From: Pseudobacteriovorax sp.
GTDB lineage: Bacteria > Bdellovibrionota_B > Oligoflexia > Oligoflexales > Oligoflexaceae
DNA: 24,847 bases
Direction of reading: 5' to 3'
NCBI GenBank assembly: GCA_050293845.1
Contig: JBNKNM010000071.1
Span: 1 to 24,847, forward strand
Shown: positions 9,714-19,212 of the stretch, piece after piece
Numbering within the stretch: the first letter of the stretch is position 1
Layout of the letters: each line of letters begins with the position of its first letter
Made by a program: the position numbers and the translations under genes
Notes under the pieces: model-generated
What the model saw: only the letters and a program-made list of their open reading frames with translations
Database searches by the model: none
What the model was told of the DNA's origin: nothing

Positions 9714-10374
9714 CTAAAGAACCGAGATTGCGCGAGTATTTTGTTCAAAAAAGATTTCACCATTACAATGTAGCCACTCGGTAAATGAGCCACCTCCACA
9801 CTAACCGTTACCCCACCCCCCCATATTCTCGGACTGGTCTTCAGCCTGTAAGATAGTGCCATCGATGATCACATAATCCACTTGGACGTCCCGATCACCC
9901 CCATCGTTGGTAAAGGCGACTGAAACTCTGCCAGGGCTATCGCTTTCCGAACTATAGTCGGCCATATCTGTGCTTAGGGTCCAAAACATAATATTGTCTC
10001 CACCTACCCTTAAGCTGATAGTCTCATCTCCCACCGTTCCCCTAGCTCTTACCGTAATTTGTCGGGTCGTAGTGCGGTTGATTTTTCGTGCGTAGGGTCC
10101 CTAGGGTTACCCCAAGAAATCCTCCTGCTGTCTGGGTACTCAGGTTACGTGCCGAAGCACTGCCGACCGTATATTTGTGACCCAAATTATAAGTGTCTTT
10201 GTAGAAAAATTCGAGAAGATCGCCCTGTTGCTCTACGCCTAATACAAGGGCTACCACAGGTCCTGTTAAGGTTTTTTCTGCGATAATTGCTGTGCCCCCG
10301 CTTTGGATCTCTTCTAGAAAGAGCTGAGTCGCTCCGTCCCCGTTTTTCTTTTTCTGTTGAAGCGATATGAAGTA
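9714..10374 (-). pseudogene. Remnant of a GH43 C-terminal domain fused to a CBM60 xylan-binding module
   Basis: Reads ...QLFLEEIQ...LLEFFY...NLSTQTAGGFLGVTL, then a 1-nt frameshift near 10100, then GPYAR...QITVRARGTVGDETISLRVGG...FTNDGGDRDVQVDY...QAEDQ...GNG*CGGGSFTEWLHCNGEIFF. Internal TAG at 9801-9803. No catalytic propeller domain upstream. Confidence 0.8.
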
Positions 10375-10674
10375 ACTAATTTTACTGACTTATAAACAAA
10401 ACCTTCGTAAGGCCGGACATGATTCAGTAGTGTTATGAGAAGCATCAGGGACTCGCAATTAGTTCGTGTAAGCAACTACTAGTTACCAGGGGTTGATCCG
10501 ATGTTCCACCCCTGAACTACTTTTAAACTCCCCACGAATTCTGCGAACGCCCCTAAATATTAGAAATATCGCCGCTGGTTGTAGCGGTTAAATGCCATGA
10601 AGTAACCACCCCTAGGTGATTATCTACTGGAAGTACCCTCCTTTAGTAATCCTTTAAAAGGGTGTATTTCATGC

Positions 10675-11238
10675 TCAATATTTAAAGATTCTCACAGAAA
10701 AAGACCCCGATCCACCTCGTTCAATAAGAGTTCTCCATTTGTATTGCAATTTAACTCCAGTTTGTCCTAGAAAAACATCCGATAGTGATTTCTTATTTTT
10801 GTCACAATTAACCCAGTTAAACGATATATAATGATCGCAATGATATTTATCGTCAATATTGGAGATTACTTTTAACTCAGTGGGGCGTTTACCAACCCTA
10901 CTCACAAAACCAAGCATATATCGATCTCCACTACGGAACTTTCCAAGATCCTCAAAGCTAGGGGTAGGTGCAATGGGAATAGAAAGATTTTTGGAAACTA
11001 GATATGCAGAAATCTCATTTGCTTTTACCAAAGGATCCACACCCTCAGCGAGTCCAGCAATAAACCAAAGGGTGGGCCTAACAACAACCCCATCAGTAAT
11101 TTTTACATAATCACCCAGCAGTCCTTTTGGTTCTGCAGCTAGATCTTGTTTGGCATCCAAGTCAGAGCTATTAATACTTCCACAACTTGTGATCAAATAC
11201 ATGAATAACAATGTTAAAGACAGACGTCTAATGGTCAT
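10675..11238 (-). CDS. Hypothetical lipoprotein
   Basis: MTIRRLSLTLLFMYLITSC lipoprotein signal; GGAGA RBS; 187 aa. Confidence 0.78.
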   Translation of the reverse strand: MTIRRLSLTLLFMYLITSCGSINSSDLDAKQDLAAEPKGLLGDYVKITDGVVVRPTLWFIAGLAEGVDPLVKANEISAYLVSKNLSIPIAPTPSFEDLGKFRSGDRYMLGFVSRVGKRPTELKVISNIDDKYHCDHYISFNWVNCDKNKKSLSDVFLGQTGVKLQYKWRTLIERGGSGSFSVRIFKY

Positions 11239-11507
11239 AGGACTCTCCTAAATTAAGAAAATTCAATACTCAGTTGATATACTGAGTGCGAGGTATCTGT
11301 AAATCAAAAAAAAATAGTCGCCGCAATAGCAGATAAAACTGCAAAAAAAGTAGTCATCATATTATGGAAAATTAGCTTTACAAAAGGTTTTTAGTGCTTA
11401 GTTAATTTTTATTTATATTTTGTTCTGGTATTAGAAGTATCCTTGTATGGAGAGTCTTGACTTTTTTCTAAGTCGATCTCCTCAAAGCTAGAATTATATA
11501 TACCTGG

Positions 11508-11822
11508 TCAGCTGGCCGGAATCGTCAACACAAAGTGGCGATAGTCCACATCCTCATAGAGTTTAGCGGCGATAGACTGAGCACAGTTCTCACCATCAAC
11601 TCTTCCGCACCTTAAACAAAATTTGCTCTTGCAGGAATGAGCGACGATGCGACTATCCTTGTCACAGCTAAGGCAGAAATATTGCGAAAAGCCAAATACA
11701 GGATCGCTATACCGAAGTATCGCTTCGGCCTGCTTGTTGTAATGGGGCTTGTCGTAGAAAGGGACTGCCGATTTAAATCTTTTCCAACCAATCGAAAATA
11801 TCTTAAGGAAATCATTAGCCAT
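11508..11822 (-). mobile_element. Truncated IS91-family transposase (N-terminal zinc-binding domain)
   Basis: CLSC...HSCKSKFCLRCG...YRHFVLTIP matches the IS91/IS801 transposase N-terminus; the ORF stops right after. Confidence 0.85.
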
Positions 11823-12324
11823 AGGATCAGCCTTTTGAAAACGTCCTAGGCTATTATATTAAGCTCTGGAATATCGTGTATCCTGCTAAATTTATAAATT
11901 CACTAGATTATAGTTAATAAATCGTTGAAAATGATAATTATCATAGGAAAAATCATAGAGAACCCTAACTTCTGTAGATGTCGAATAATGCTCTAACCAT
12001 AATCAATTAAAGTGACATGTAAACTGAAGTTAGCCCATAGCTATAAGAAGGGCACTTTTGTAACTGTTGTAGATAATTTCAACGAAAATTAAAATTTGAT
12101 TTGGTCATTTGTAGTGAAGTGATAGAGCACGTGTTTGATCCTCACCAATTTTCCCAGGCACTCTCAAGCTCGTGAGTCTAGTCGGATTTTTGATTGTTAT
12201 AGGTTTAGGGTGTGAAGGCTTAGATATTATGCTGCTTCAAGAAAAGTCTAATGTAGTATTTCCACCTCATATAAATTTTCTATCGATAAAAGGTTTTGAT
12301 GCTCTGTTTAGTCAATTTTTTTCT

Positions 12325-12479
12325 GGAGTTGATATTATGTCTGAAACACTGGAAGTCGAGCCGGCTTAGATGAAGTAGTAGAGTGAGTACGCAAGAAGTA
12401 TGCATGCCCGTGCTGTGATGGCAAGTTCAAAACTGCTCCAGCTCCAAAACTACCAATCCCAAATGGAATCGCAGCATAA
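12325..12479 (+). mobile_element. IS66-family TnpC zinc-finger remnant
   Basis: Across stops and a frameshift it reads DIMSETLEVEPA*..VVE*VRKKYACPCCDGKFKTAPAPKLPIPNGIAA, matching the IS66 SE.LE..PA...R.KYAC..C....AP....PIP.G.A pattern. Confidence 0.82.
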
Positions 12480-12857
12480 GCTTCATTACTAAGAAAGATT
12501 CATCTGAAAGTTGCACCAGAGCCAAGCGGTGCACTAGGTCATGGCATCTAAAACTTTTCGTGCTAGGATATTATTTTGCTGTATAGAGCTAGCAAAAAAA
12601 GGAAATAGACTGCGAGTGTGTAGTATTTAAGGCGTATTAATAACATTAACAGAAATGAGTGATTTACCGACATAAATGTAAAAGTCTCAAAAATTTCTAA
12701 AAGCAATTATTCTTAGCCCACTCAAAGTTTGCTACAACAATGACAAAACGCCTACGATAGTGGTTAAGTTAGCTCTTTTGGAAAAGCCTAACTCGTTGGC
12801 TGAGTTCTTTCATTTAATTAGGGAATCAAAAACCTTTTTTCAGCAGGGAGTATTCTC

Positions 12858-14279
12858 ATGAAAACTTGTCTCAAGTTTGGGGGCGTCTTACTAAGCACTC
12901 TCATCTCAGTTAATCTTTGTTTCGCACAATACGGACCTGGGCGCAGCGGTTGGGCTTGCGAAGTCGATCCTCATACCATTCCGTCCGACGATGATTGGCT
13001 CACGACTAAAGGCAACCAAATCGTAGATTCTTCAGGTAAATCCGTGCACCTAACGGGAGCCAATTGGTTTGGTTTTAATGCCTCCGAGCGCGTTTTCCAT
13101 GGTTTGTGGAGTGCGAACCTACAAGACACCATGCAGCAGATGGCCATGCGTGGAATCAATATAATTCGTGTTCCTGTATCCACTCGACTCATTAAAGAAT
13201 GGGCTGTCGGATCTGTGCCGGCTGCTAGTATAAATACCTGGGCCAATCCTGATCTAATTGGTATGGATAGTTTAGAGATTTTTGATTACTTCCTACTACA
13301 AGCAAAATCCTGCGGTATCAAAGTCCTTGTCGATCAGCACAGTGCTGATGCGGATAACTCTGGTCACAATGCTCCTCTTTGGTACAAGGATGACATCACT
13401 TCCGAAGATTTCTACAATACCTGGGAGTGGTTCGCCGAGCGTTACAAAAACGACGACACCATCATCGCTTACGATCTTGAAAATGAACCCCATGGCAGCC
13501 CGGCTGGTTCAGCTGGTGCTGATTTGGTCAAAGGGGCTGACGAAAGCTGGGAGGAATATTGCAAGCGCAAACCTCTTTCCCAGGAAATTGACTATGCAAA
13601 ATGGGATGATTCTCAAGATCAAAATAATTGGCGATATGCTGCTAAAGTAGCTGCGAAACGAATTCTTAATGTCAACCCGAATGTCCTGATTCTAGTGGAA
13701 GGTATTCAAGCCTCACCAAAATACGGCAAGTGGGTCGATAACAAATCTGCAGGTCCAAACAGCGATCAGTGTTACTACAATACCTGGTGGGGGGGTGATC
13801 TGCGCCTTGCCAAAGATTTACCTGTTGAGGTAGCTAGTCACAACGATCAGATTATGTATTCACCCCATGATTATGGGCCATTGGTCTATGCTCAACCTTG
13901 GTTTGACGATGGCAATTTCACTCGGGAATCCCTGGAAGCTGATGTTTGGGGACCTAATTGGCTCTACCTGCACGATGAAAACATATCACCTCTATTAATT
14001 GGGGAGTGGGGTGGTTTTATTGATGGCGGTGATAACCAGAAATGGATGGAAGCGCTCCGAGACGAAATTATTCTCAAAGGTTTGCACCATACATTCTGGT
14101 GCTTGAACCCCAACTCAGGGGATACGGGCGGTTTGTTACGCGGGGATTGGCTCTCTTGGGATGAAGAAAAATACAACCTGTTGAAGCCAGCTTTATGGCA
14201 GAAAGATGGTATTTTTATTGGTTTGGATAGAGTTGTTCCACTTGGTGGCGTCGCCGGAACGGGTACCTCCCGTCCTTAA
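12858..14279 (+). CDS. Secreted glycoside hydrolase family 5 endoglucanase (GH5_1-like cellulase)
   Basis: DDWL..KGNQIVD...LTGANWFGFN, acid/base NEPH, YSPHDYGP, nucleophile IGEWGG, FWCLNPNSGDTGG; signal peptide; GGGAG RBS; no CBM. Confidence 0.96.
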   Translation: MKTCLKFGGVLLSTLISVNLCFAQYGPGRSGWACEVDPHTIPSDDDWLTTKGNQIVDSSGKSVHLTGANWFGFNASERVFHGLWSANLQDTMQQMAMRGINIIRVPVSTRLIKEWAVGSVPAASINTWANPDLIGMDSLEIFDYFLLQAKSCGIKVLVDQHSADADNSGHNAPLWYKDDITSEDFYNTWEWFAERYKNDDTIIAYDLENEPHGSPAGSAGADLVKGADESWEEYCKRKPLSQEIDYAKWDDSQDQNNWRYAAKVAAKRILNVNPNVLILVEGIQASPKYGKWVDNKSAGPNSDQCYYNTWWGGDLRLAKDLPVEVASHNDQIMYSPHDYGPLVYAQPWFDDGNFTRESLEADVWGPNWLYLHDENISPLLIGEWGGFIDGGDNQKWMEALRDEIILKGLHHTFWCLNPNSGDTGGLLRGDWLSWDEEKYNLLKPALWQKDGIFIGLDRVVPLGGVAGTGTSRP

Positions 14280-14330
14280 ATATTCAATAAAAATATCAAT
14301 GCCAATGCTATTTGCCGCCATAATGATAGA

Positions 14331-14368
14331 CCTTGTAACTCGAACAAGTACCGGGTTATAAGGATTTT
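14331..14368 (+). terminator. Possible intrinsic terminator after GH5
   Basis: Stem CCTTGTAACTCG / CGGGTTATAAGG (12 bp including G-U pairs) followed by ATTTT. Confidence 0.45.
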
Positions 14369-14403
14369 GTCTAATATGCTTAACATTTCGACTATACTAT
14401 TGT

Positions 14404-14443
14404 GAAAAGATCTTCCCCCGGGTAGGGAGAACGTGAGGGAAGA
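14404..14443 (-). terminator. Possible terminator after the nitroreductase gene
   Basis: TCTTCCC...GGGAAGA stem followed by TCTTTT on the minus strand, just past the stop at 14462. Confidence 0.4.
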
Positions 14444-14461
14444 CAGAAAACAAATTAGTAC

Positions 14462-15154
14462 TTATTCGATAAAGGTACCAACCTTCTCGATGGGATCTCT
14501 CGTTAAATTGGGAACTTTAACTTTTTTTGCGGGATAACCAACTGGCAGTAGTACGAAGGGTTTTTCATTTGTGTGACGACCTAATATCTTATGCAAAAAT
14601 CGCATGGGGCTAGGGGTATGAGTTAAGGTGGCAAGACCGGCGTTATGCAGAGCTGAAATCAGCATTCCTACAGCCATTCCAACAGATTCTTGAACATAAT
14701 AATGATTCACCCTTTGATCTTTTTCATCGGCTGGTTCATCGCCACCCCGCTCCCAATGGAACATTTTTGTAAATACGATGATAAGCCATGGTGCGACTTC
14801 TAAGTATTCTTTGTTCTCGTCTGTACCTAACCGTGCAAGTGCTTTTATCCAGCTGTCTGGTAAGCGGCCGTTATAGTTTAAGACTTCCTCTTTTTCAGCA
14901 GCCTCGCGTATCTGCCTCTTTAGCTCCTTATTTGACACTGCTACAAAGTGCCAAGGCTGCATATGAGCACCATTTGGAGAAGTGCCACCAGTTAGAATTG
15001 CGTGCTCAATGACTGATCTAGGTACCGGTTCGTTAGAAAAGCTACGAATGGATCGCCTTCTATTCATATGATTATAAAAATCTTTTGCGCGAGCTTCCGG
15101 GTCTGGAAATCTTACGTGGTTATAAGGGATAAAGCTATCGAGTTCGCGGCCCAT
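14462..15154 (-). CDS. Iodotyrosine deiodinase-like flavoprotein (nitroreductase superfamily)
   Basis: RRSIR FMN motif, SPNGAHMQPWHF, IREAAEKEEVLNY, LGTDENKEYLEVAPWLI, ESVG, TLTHTPSPM, LLPVGYP; ATG at 15154 after GGAGAGG. Confidence 0.9.
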   Translation of the reverse strand: MGRELDSFIPYNHVRFPDPEARAKDFYNHMNRRRSIRSFSNEPVPRSVIEHAILTGGTSPNGAHMQPWHFVAVSNKELKRQIREAAEKEEVLNYNGRLPDSWIKALARLGTDENKEYLEVAPWLIIVFTKMFHWERGGDEPADEKDQRVNHYYVQESVGMAVGMLISALHNAGLATLTHTPSPMRFLHKILGRHTNEKPFVLLPVGYPAKKVKVPNLTRDPIEKVGTFIE

Positions 15155-15343
15155 AGTCCTCTCCAAACTGTTAATAAACTAACTTTTGCCCTATTTGCCA
15201 ATAGAAATCAAAGCGAAAAACCAGTTTTAGTGAAAGGTTTCTGTGTGATCTCAAAGGTACCCTAAAATGGTCCCACCTATCTTCACAAGTAATACAGATA
15301 CTAAACCAGGGATGAAGGGAAAGCGGTTTCCAAAGCATTTAAA

Positions 15344-15421
15344 GGATAGACTCCAATGCAAACTTTAATTGACGGGAGATCAGAATGGGGGGTAAAGGTT
15401 GATCAGCTGAATTTGAACTAA
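15344..15421 (+). mobile_element. Possible IS481-family transposase C-terminal remnant
   Basis: G*TPMQTLIDGRSEWGVKVDQLNLN* resembles the GRTPMQTL.DG...W..KV..LN tail of IS481-family transposases (from memory). Confidence 0.45.
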
Positions 15422-15525
15422 CGAGCAGCCAAAATGGCAACTATACATGTAAGCTGATTTAGCAAAGGTTCACGACGCTAAAAAACAAATTCTGAACATT
15501 TATGGAAGAAGCACAAAAACAGCCC

Positions 15526-16095
15526 TTAGCCCGCTGCATTCTTTTTGAAATAGCGGAACCCTGCCGTTAAAGCAACAACGCAAATAACCAATCCGCCGAT
15601 TGCTGGCACTAAGATTGCATTTCCCGACACTCCCCCTTCCAGCAGGCTCCAAAATATTTTGGAAACAGCCATGAAAACAAGTACCAAGAGGCCGACTTTA
15701 AGGCTTCTCTTCCAAAGAGCAAAAGCAAGAAGATAAAAGGTAAGGGGAATGAAAGCGGTAAAGATGGCCCGAACCCAAGTCCATTCACCGAGAAGGTATT
15801 CCATTTCCATAGCTAAGAACTCGGTGACTCGGATGTCAGGAGAATCGGGCGCTGGAAACCAGAACATGCTGCTCATGAGCGCAAATAAAGTCGCACTCAC
15901 TCCTGCCAAGCTTCTCTGATAGGCAAAATAACAAAAGGGCAAGAGCATTAGAGGGCGTATATACCAACTTAAAATATTATGATGCCTCGCGAACACCCAC
16001 TCAAAAAAACCCTGATGGTTCATTGCCAGCAGTACAAATCCCACCGTAAGCCCTAAAAATAGAGCTGCTAGTAAACGATCGACATTCCTTGACAT
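15526..16095 (-). CDS. Hypothetical integral membrane protein
   Basis: About 6 hydrophobic segments; RHHNILSWYIRP and SMFWFPAP motifs; GAGAGG RBS. Confidence 0.85.
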   Translation of the reverse strand: MSRNVDRLLAALFLGLTVGFVLLAMNHQGFFEWVFARHHNILSWYIRPLMLLPFCYFAYQRSLAGVSATLFALMSSMFWFPAPDSPDIRVTEFLAMEMEYLLGEWTWVRAIFTAFIPLTFYLLAFALWKRSLKVGLLVLVFMAVSKIFWSLLEGGVSGNAILVPAIGGLVICVVALTAGFRYFKKNAAG

Positions 16096-16312
16096 CAGCC
16101 TCTCAAATCGAATCTAAGCTCTCGGATCACCCGGTAGCCATTCTTTATTGTCTACTGGCCAACCACCCACCGTCAAGCTGAATATTATTGAAGATAGCTA
16201 CTCCATTGAGTCAGATGCGCTGTAGATGTGGCGGTCTGAAAATCAAAACTACTTGAAGAACATACCGCCTAACGGTGGTAGTTTTGTCTCGGACAATCCC
16301 ATGAGAGCCGTT

Positions 16313-16924
16313 TTAAAATGCATACCCTAGCCCTAAATCAACCCATGGTTTCTCGAAAACACCGTGATCTTTTTCAAATGCGATATTGGTGTCACAAGTA
16401 TACTGCCTATCAGTTGTAACATCTAAGGTTCTAGCTTTGACAAGACCAACACCAATATTTAGGTTATAACCGTTACTCCAAAACCACTGGTGGCCAAAAG
16501 CTCCAAAAGCAACCAAATTGGTTCCTTCCGCTTTGTAGCGCAGTTCACATAAACTCCCAGTATCTACAACCGTCTCCTCGCTCTCCCACTTACCCGTCAA
16601 AATTCCGTTTGAGAGATAAAACGCGTCGTCAAACCCACCCTTGGTGCTGAAGACAAAGTCTATCCTTAAACCCAAATCATAGGCTTGAAAATCGTAGTTA
16701 TCTTGTTTCTCCCGATAACTAGCACCAATAATTCCAAGATTGATAAATTGGGTCGGTCGAAACATCATTTCCAAATTAATTAGCTCAGTCTCTTCAATAA
16801 AGCTAAGTGCAAAGAGAGGCGCTTGCTGAATACGTATATTAACGGTTTTTTCAGTACCTGACTGTGCTAACAGTTGATGATTCATTTGAAACAGAAACAA
16901 GACCAAAAAGAAGAATTTAAACAT
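16313..16924 (-). CDS. Putative small outer-membrane beta-barrel protein
   Basis: Signal peptide, alternating amphipathic strands, C-terminal DLGLGYAF barrel-assembly signature; GGAGG RBS. Confidence 0.8.
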   Translation of the reverse strand: MFKFFFLVLFLFQMNHQLLAQSGTEKTVNIRIQQAPLFALSFIEETELINLEMMFRPTQFINLGIIGASYREKQDNYDFQAYDLGLRIDFVFSTKGGFDDAFYLSNGILTGKWESEETVVDTGSLCELRYKAEGTNLVAFGAFGHQWFWSNGYNLNIGVGLVKARTLDVTTDRQYTCDTNIAFEKDHGVFEKPWVDLGLGYAF

Positions 16925-17078
16925 GTCACGGACCTCCGATTTATGACGTTTCGGAGAAATACTTATGCGAAATTAGCATTTCCTGTAATTATATAAAATG
17001 GTGTATAATTTCTGAGATTTTTTTGGGTTGAAAGATTTGAATCCATACTAAAAAAATGGCTGGTTTTCGAATGACTTT

Positions 17079-18164
17079 TCAGTTCTGATTTGTAATGTAC
17101 GAAAAAGCTTGATCTAAAATTTGGGGAGAAAACAACGGCAATAGATGTTCCTCCGAATCAATATTGATAAGCTTCCCTTTTGTATTTTGTGTTGTCAGCA
17201 TCTTATAATATTCATCTCCATCCTTTTGCCATTTAATAATCTCTTTCTTTAGTAAAGGATCTTTGATGGATGGCAGATAGGAGCTTTCAAAATTCGTGTT
17301 GATTAATACTAGTAATAGTGAGCTTTGCTTTAGAGTTTTCCTTAAGGACATTTTTTGTTTCTTCGCTAACTCGTCATGGTAGAAAACTATTTGCTTAAAC
17401 TTTTCGGTTTGTCCCTCTTTTGTCGATCTTTGAGAAAGCATAAACTCGAAGTATGCCCAATCCATTCCTAGCAATTTTGATTGCTTTACCACTTCTTGGA
17501 TATGCGTGCGCTCCTTGGTTACAATCTCCTTCACTCGATTTTGATATTTCCCTTCTCCAATATAGCTTAGGTATTTGCTTAGATTGTCCTTGAATGGTTT
17601 TGCGTCTTTACGATACCTGGATCTAGAAAACTCAGTCATTACATCGGGGTCAACGAGAACAATTCCGTCTATTGCAAGCTCTTTGCCATATGATTCTAGA
17701 AAATGAGAAATAGTAATATTGCTGCTGGCGAAGCTCAGGAAAACAATGCGTTTTATCTTCAGACTTTTTAGAACTTTGTGAACAACATCAGCAAAATCTG
17801 TATAGCTGATAGACTGTTTTGGAACTACCAATCCATTGCCTGGACGATCTATTGCTAACACTTGAAACTGACTTAATGATTTCTTCTGACTTAGATAAGG
17901 CAGGGCATAGCTAAACCATCCTGTATCTGAATGCCAATGATCTGTCGGACCAGATAGCATTACAATCGCTGAGTTACTTTTTGTATTTCCCCTTTGGTTT
18001 ACATGTATCTGGAGATTATCAATGACAAGCAACTTGCTTCCTTCGGGAAGCTTGGTGTCCTTTACAGCCAAACCCGCTGAATTCACTAATATTATCGCTG
18101 TTACAATGCAGAAACAGACTTTCTTACGGATGAAAATATTCAGCATATCTTTGTTTTCACTCAC
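17079..18164 (-). CDS. Exported alpha/beta hydrolase-fold protein with atypical nucleophile elbow (start uncertain)
   Basis: IVMLSGP, LAIDRPGNG, GIVLVDP and a C-terminal SEEHLLP (His) are present, but the expected GxSxG reads SFASSN; hydrophobic N-terminus. Confidence 0.8.
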   Translation of the reverse strand: MSENKDMLNIFIRKKVCFCIVTAIILVNSAGLAVKDTKLPEGSKLLVIDNLQIHVNQRGNTKSNSAIVMLSGPTDHWHSDTGWFSYALPYLSQKKSLSQFQVLAIDRPGNGLVVPKQSISYTDFADVVHKVLKSLKIKRIVFLSFASSNITISHFLESYGKELAIDGIVLVDPDVMTEFSRSRYRKDAKPFKDNLSKYLSYIGEGKYQNRVKEIVTKERTHIQEVVKQSKLLGMDWAYFEFMLSQRSTKEGQTEKFKQIVFYHDELAKKQKMSLRKTLKQSSLLLVLINTNFESSYLPSIKDPLLKKEIIKWQKDGDEYYKMLTTQNTKGKLINIDSEEHLLPLFSPQILDQAFSYITNQN

Positions 18165-18537
18165 GTATTGAGGTTAATTGGGTATAAATAGCTAATAATT
18201 CTAATTTAATAAGTTAGACACGGGTCAAGTTCGTACAAATTATTGCTAGATAAAGTTCCCTCACATTGTCGACTATCATACTGAAAAAACGGCGAGATGT
18301 ATTTGATTTTTTTCAACTAATTGAAGGAATCAGGAGGTGAGTTCGTATCCATATATGAGGAAGGTCACAAATGCCTGTGCCGTAGCCAGATTAGCTTAAA
18401 GCGCTTGCTTGGCTACAAGGGTAAAAATGAGATTGAAAAGACAGACGTCAAAAATTTATCGGTCGGGTGGTTCAGTAGACCTGCCACCACAGTTTAAAGG
18501 TATTTGCTTAACCTCATACTTATAATAGAGGAACGCC

Positions 18538-18886
18538 ACGGCCAAACTTCGGATCTATACCATGAGTTTTGCGAAAGTATATCCACTCAATATTGCAAAA
18601 GCAGAAAGAAAAAACCGTACAAAAGATGAGGTTGATGAAATCATTTTTGCTACGATCAAAAGAAGTTGAACTCTCATCTGAAAGCTGAGACCTATTTTGA
18701 GACGTTTATTGCAAAAGCTCCCAAACTAAACCCTGCTCGGTCGCTGATCAAAGGCGTAGTTCGTGGCGTCAAGGTGGAAGATATCGAAGAGTCAATGATG
18801 AGGGACATTCGCTACTTGGATAAGCTCATCGACGAATTGGCTAAGGTAAAGCAATGGAAAAAATATTACGGAAAGACAATAAATAA
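18538..18886 (+). pseudogene. DUF2200 family pseudogene
   Basis: TATAAT and GAGGA are followed by ACG instead of ATG. Reads [29 protein letters not shown], then a frameshift losing WLTG, then YDQ..FETF...[37 protein letters not shown], then a frameshift, then KAMEKILRK. Confidence 0.88.
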
Positions 18887-19212
18887 ACAAAACCTTTTTA
18901 GATCGCTTCAAAAAATCATGGGAGTTAAGCTTACTTCTGCGCTTCCCCAAGAATAGATAAATCGATGCTGTAAATTCCATTCCAAGAGTTCTATAGCCAT
19001 TCCATTATGGCATAATTTGACGGGAATCGATCAACCAATATTACGATCTAAAATCAGTCGTATTAGGCTGATATTACTACAGATGTTGAAACAGATGTGA
19101 ATTCACTTGAAAACGCTAACTCTTATAGAAACAAAATAACTCTACATTTTTCTCCCGATTTAATGTTAGTTTGAATGGGTTTATTCGTCGTAAACCAGCA
19201 TAAGAGAAATCC

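Noticed and set aside
12971..14176. Short ORFs within GH5, and similar shadow ORFs within the SDR, GH16, esterase, IYD, APP and ROK genes
   Set aside because: Antisense or alternate-frame shadows of well-supported genes.
16263..16286. Small hairpin TACCGCC-TAAC-GGTGGTA followed by GTTTTG
   Set aside because: Pairs well only on the plus strand while the flanking genes are on the minus strand; too weak to call a terminator.
193..18886. Stop-codon reassignment explaining the in-frame stops
   Set aside because: The broken genes also contain frameshifts and mixed TAA/TAG/TGA stops, and intact genes end normally in all three stop codons.
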